Assembly (NCBI RefSeq): GCF_009914755.1
Contig: NC_060935.1
Origin: the human T2T-CHM13v2.0 reference genome, Homo sapiens
Strand: one strand, 5' to 3'
DNA: 64,000 nucleotides
Shown here: positions 59,495 to 64,000 of the stretch, piece after piece
How the letters are laid out: each line of letters begins with the position of its first letter
Position numbering within the stretch: the first letter of the stretch is position 1
Notes under the pieces: model-generated
Told to the model about the DNA's origin: nothing
The model's database searches: none
Seen by the model: the letters and a program-made list of their open reading frames with translations, nothing else
Position numbers and translations under genes: made by a program

Positions 59495-62400
59495 TTTAAA
59501 TAGGTATACTTGATATACAATAAACTGTACATATTTAAAGGATTTGATAAGTTTTGATGAATTTCTGCTTCTCAGTTTGTTCTTTTATGGAGTGTGCTTT
59601 TGATGACTTATTTAACAAGTCTTTGCCTAACCCAAGGTCACAAAGATTTTCTTCTAGAAAGATTATAATTTTAAGTTTTACATTTACTCTGTGATCCAGT
59701 TTGAGTTAATTGTCACGTATGGTGTGAGGCTTATTTTTTTGTACGAGGATACCCATTTGTTGAAGAGGCTATATTTTCTTCATTGCATTGCCTTTCTGTG
59801 TTTGTCACAAATCAGTTGTCCAACAAACAACGAAAGAGAAGATTGATAAGTTGGACTTCATCAAAATTAAAAACTATCAGGAAAGTGAAAAGACAGCTAC
59901 AGAATGGGAGAAAATATTTATAAATCATATATCTGATAAGGGACTTATGTCCAGAATATATAAATGACTCTTACAACTCAATAGTAAAAAGACACTTGAT
60001 CCAATTTAAAAGTGGACAAGGATTTAAATTAACATTTCTCTCAGGAAAATATACAAGTGGCTAATAAGCACATGAAAAGATGCTCAAATCATAGTTACTG
60101 GGAAATGCAAATCAAAACCATGAAATACCAGCTCATACTCACTAGATTGGCTATAATTTAAAAAACGACAGATAAAAGCAAGTTTTGGTGAGTATGTGGA
60201 GAAATTAGAATCCCCAAATGTTCCTGGTGAGGAATGTAAAATGGTACAGCCACTTTGGAAACTCGCACCCCAAATGTCCAATAGCTGATGAATGGAAACA
60301 TAACGTGTGGCATATCTGTACAAAGGAATGCGGGCAATAAAAATGAAAGAAGTATGGCTATAATGTGGATAGACTTTGAAACTCTTCTGCCAAATGAAAA
60401 GCCAATCCAAAAATACCACATATTGCATGATCTCATTTATATAAAATGTCTAAACTAGGATATAGAGATGGAAAAGTTAGTGGTTGCTAGGGCTAGAGGT
60501 GAGAGGGTGGGAGTGACTGCTAATAAGTATAAGGTTTCTTTATGGCATAATAAAAATGTTCTCAAATCACATTATGGTGGTGGGGAAATTTATGATATGA
60601 AAATTGTATCTCAACATTAAAAATGAGTCATTCATATATATGTGTGTTTATATATACATACGTACATTCATCTCTATATATGCATGTATTCCCAGCTTTC
60701 TCTTCTTCCGTGGATATATTTGTCTATCTTTATGTTAATACTATGAGGTTCTGATTAGTCCAGTTCTATAGTAAAGCTTGAAATCAGATAGTCTTAACCC
60801 TCCAATTTTTGTTTTCAGAGTTGTCTTGACTATTCTAGGCCCTTTGCATTTTTGTGTGAATTTAAAAATTAGTGTTTCAGTTTCTACAAATAGCATTTTT
60901 AGATTTTGATTGGGATTATGTTCAATCTAGAAATAATTTGGGAAAATTTAGAATTGAAATCTTAGCAATATTGAATCTGCTGACCCATTAACATTTATAT
61001 AGACCTTCTTTAATTTTTCTCAGCAGTATGTTATAGTTTTCAGTGCATGGGTCTCATGTCTTTTGTCAAATCTATCCCCAAGTATTTTATATTTTCAGTG
61101 CTATTATAAATGGTGCTGTTTTTTAAATTCCTGTTTCTGATTCTTGCTAATGTATGGAAATGCACAGTTGATTTTTGGATATGGATCCTGTTCCCTGCAA
61201 CCTTGCTACGGACTCACTGATTCCAATGGGTTTTTTACTTGGTGATCATGTTGTCTTCAAATAAACACAGTTGTACTTCTTTCTTTAAATCTGGATGTCT
61301 TTTGTTTCTTTTGCTTGCCAGCTTGCACTGGCTAAGAATCTCCAGTACAATGTTGAATAGAAGTGATGAGAATGGATAATTCCTGATCTTAGAAAGCATT
61401 TAGTTCTTTGCCATTAAGTATGATGTTAGCTTTAAGTTTTTCATACATGCCCTTTATCAGACTGAGAAAGTGTTCTCTTCCTAGTTTCTTGAGAATTTTT
61501 TTTTATCAAGAATGGATGGTGGATTCTGTCAAATTCATATATATGAATATATATATGAATATATATATGAATACATATGAATATATATGAATATATATAT
61601 GAATATATATATGAATATATATATGAATATATATATGAATATATATATGAATATATATATGAATATATATGAATATATATATGAATATATATGAATATAT
61701 ATATGAATATATATATGAATATATATGAATATATATATGAATATATATATGAATATATATATGAATATATATGAATATATGTGAGTATATATATGAATAT
61801 ATATATGAATATATGTGAGTATATATATGAGTATATATATGAATATATGTGAGTATATATATTCTTTCATATATATATATGAAAGAAATGAATGTTAAAC
61901 CAACTCTGGGTTCCTGGGTACACCCATTTGGTAATAATGTATTATCCTTTTAATACATTGTGTAATGAGATTTGCTAAACTTTTGTGTAGAATTTTTATG
62001 TCTATGTTCTGAGAGATACTGGCTAACAATTTTCTTTATCTAAAAAGATATTTGTCTAATATATTTGTTAAGTTTTCATTTAAGGGTAATGCTGGCCTTA
62101 TAGGATGAGTTGGGATGTGTTCTCTCCTCTTCAGTTTTATTGAATGAATTTATGTTAAATTGGCATTGTTTAGTGCTTAAATGTTTGGTAGAATTTGGCA
62201 GTGAATCCATCTGGTTCTAGATTTTCATTGTGGAAAGATTCTTAACTATATTTTCAGTGTCACTAATATAGGGCCATTTAGGTTATCAATTTTTTTCTTG
62301 AGTTACCTTTAATAATTTATGTCTTTCAAAGAATTTGTCATTTCATCTAAGTTGTCAAATTAATTGACATATTTATTAATGTCATATTTATTGATGTTAA

Positions 62401-62620
62401 GAACTTTATTAATGGCATAAAGTTCTTAATATTCTATTATATTTTTGATATATGTAGAGTCTCTGATGGTATCACCTCTTAATTTTGGTATTGATAATTT
62501 ATATCCTTTATTCATTATCAGCCTGACTTAAGATTAGTTAGTTTTATTCATCTCAAAGAACTAGCTTATAATTTCATTAATTTTTCTATTTTTGTGTTTC
62601 TTATTTTACTGATTTTTGTT
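59495..62620 (-). mobile_element. Old L1M (minus) interrupted by a sense L1MB-like fragment (about 59823..60625) and by the AT-rich VNTR
   Basis: T-rich ORF2 antisense motifs flank an A-rich segment with ataagttggacttcatcaaaattaaaaac...catgaaaagatgctca. Confidence 0.65.
61533..61887. repeat. AT-rich VNTR of (TA)nTGAA-type units
   Basis: Repeated atatatatgaat units with a few gtgagt variants; palindromic ends. Confidence 0.95.
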
Positions 62621-63399
62621 TTAATATTTGGTATAGTTTGAGTATTCCTTTTCTCTCCTCTCCTCAAGCAAAAGATAGGCTTCTCTTTTGGAGCTGTGAG
62701 CTATGCTCCCTGTGGTTGGGGGAGGGGTGGCACCTGCACTCCCTTAGCTGCCCCAGCTGGTATCTCACTAGCTGGCTTTGAGCTCTGAACAGCAATAGGA
62801 CTTGCCCAAGAATTATAGTTTTTGTGGCCTAGACAGCCTTTCAAGTTTATTTATGACCCCAGAGCACTTTCGCCTGTGGTGGTGAGGTTTGCTGAAACTG
62901 AAGTTCCAACCACCTGGATGGACGATTCCCCTCTGGCTAGGGCTGGTCTAAATGCACCTTCTTTGGCCACTGGCTGAGTTCTGCCTGGTGTTAGCAGCAC
63001 TGTGTTCCATTACAGAGTCCCACAAATGCTATACTACCCCTCCCCTAAGTGCCTTGATTCTCCCTCCATGCCATGTGGCTTCTGTTGGGGAATGAGAAAG
63101 GGGTAGTGTAGGCAATTCAAGACTGTCTTTCCTACCCTCTTCAGTGCCTCTTTTGGCAATATGAAGTTAAAACCAGGTTCTGTGATTGCTCACCTGATTT
63201 TTGGTCCTTTTGAAGGTGCTTTTTGTAGATAGTTTTAAAATTTGATGTTCCTTTGGGGAGGATGATTGGTGGAGGCTTCTATTTGGCTATCTTGCCCTGC
63301 TTCGTCCAAATCTGAAATTCTGTTAACTGTTAAGCAACTCTTCTCACCTCCAGCCCCTGGTACCATTTTATGTTGTTTGTTTGTATTTATTTATTTATT

Positions 63400-64000
63400 C
63401 TTTAAATTTTATTTTATTTCAATAGCTGTTGGGGAACAGATGGTTTTTGGTTACATGGATAAATTCTTTAGTGATGATTTCCGAGATTTTGGTGCACCCG
63501 TCACCCAAGCAGTGTACACTGTACCCAATAGGTAGTCTTTTATTTCTCACCCCTTCCCACTCTTCCCCCAAAGCCCCAGAAGTCCATTCTATTATTCTTA
63601 CACCTTTGCATCCTCATAGCTTAGCTCCCACTTATAAGTGAAAACATACAATATTTGGTTTTCCATTCCTGAGTTACTTCACTTAGAATAATAGCCTCCA
63701 ACTCCATCCAAGTTGCTGCAAAGGCCATTATTTTATTTCATTTTATGGCTGAGTAGTATTCCATGGTGTATATATACACCACGTTTTCTTTATCCACTCA
63801 TTGGTTGATGGACATTTATGTTGGTTCCATATTTTTGCAGTTGTGAATTGTGCTTCTGTAAATACGCATGTACCTGTGTCTTTTTCATATAATGACTTCT
63901 TTTCCTTTGAGTAGGTACCCAGTAGTGGGATTGCTGGATGGAATTGCATTTCTACTTTTAGTTCTTTAAGGAATCTTCATGCTGTTTTCCATAGTGGTTG
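63400..64000 (-). mobile_element. L1PB/L1MA-like 3' end, continues past the window
   Basis: ggttacatggataaattctttagtgatgatttccgagattttggtgcaccc 3' UTR; ORF 63743..63949 is ORF2 C-terminal-like. Confidence 0.8.

Noticed and set aside
61535-61870. 111-aa IYIF-repeat ORF
   Set aside because: Artefact of the AT-rich VNTR.

Overview
Human-type (primate) genomic DNA, mostly intronic and rich in transposons. It carries the middle of CCDC15 (centriole inner-scaffold coiled-coil protein) on the + strand: nine GT-AG coding exons from 11625 to 41748, probably exons 5-13 (numbering from memory). The 5' and 3' exons were not found in the window. The introns hold a primate L1PA with an open antisense ORF0, a second full-length older L1 with a TSD, a near-full-length Tigger1, MER82, Tigger3, MaLR pieces, about 15 Alus and many old L1M/L2/MIR fragments. 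Main observation: the central exons belong to a degenerate tandem array of about 365-385 bp exon-plus-intron units, each built on a 123-nt (41-codon) phase-0 cassette. Twelve exon-like copies are readable. Six are used: one expanded internally into a 1008-nt heptad/higher-order repeat, one rescued by a 15-nt acceptor shift, and one rescued from a frameshift by a new donor. Of the other six, one is an intact, stop-free cryptic exon, two keep splice sites but carry stops (poison-exon candidates), and three are dead. Repeat subfamily names and boundaries were assigned by eye and are approximate.
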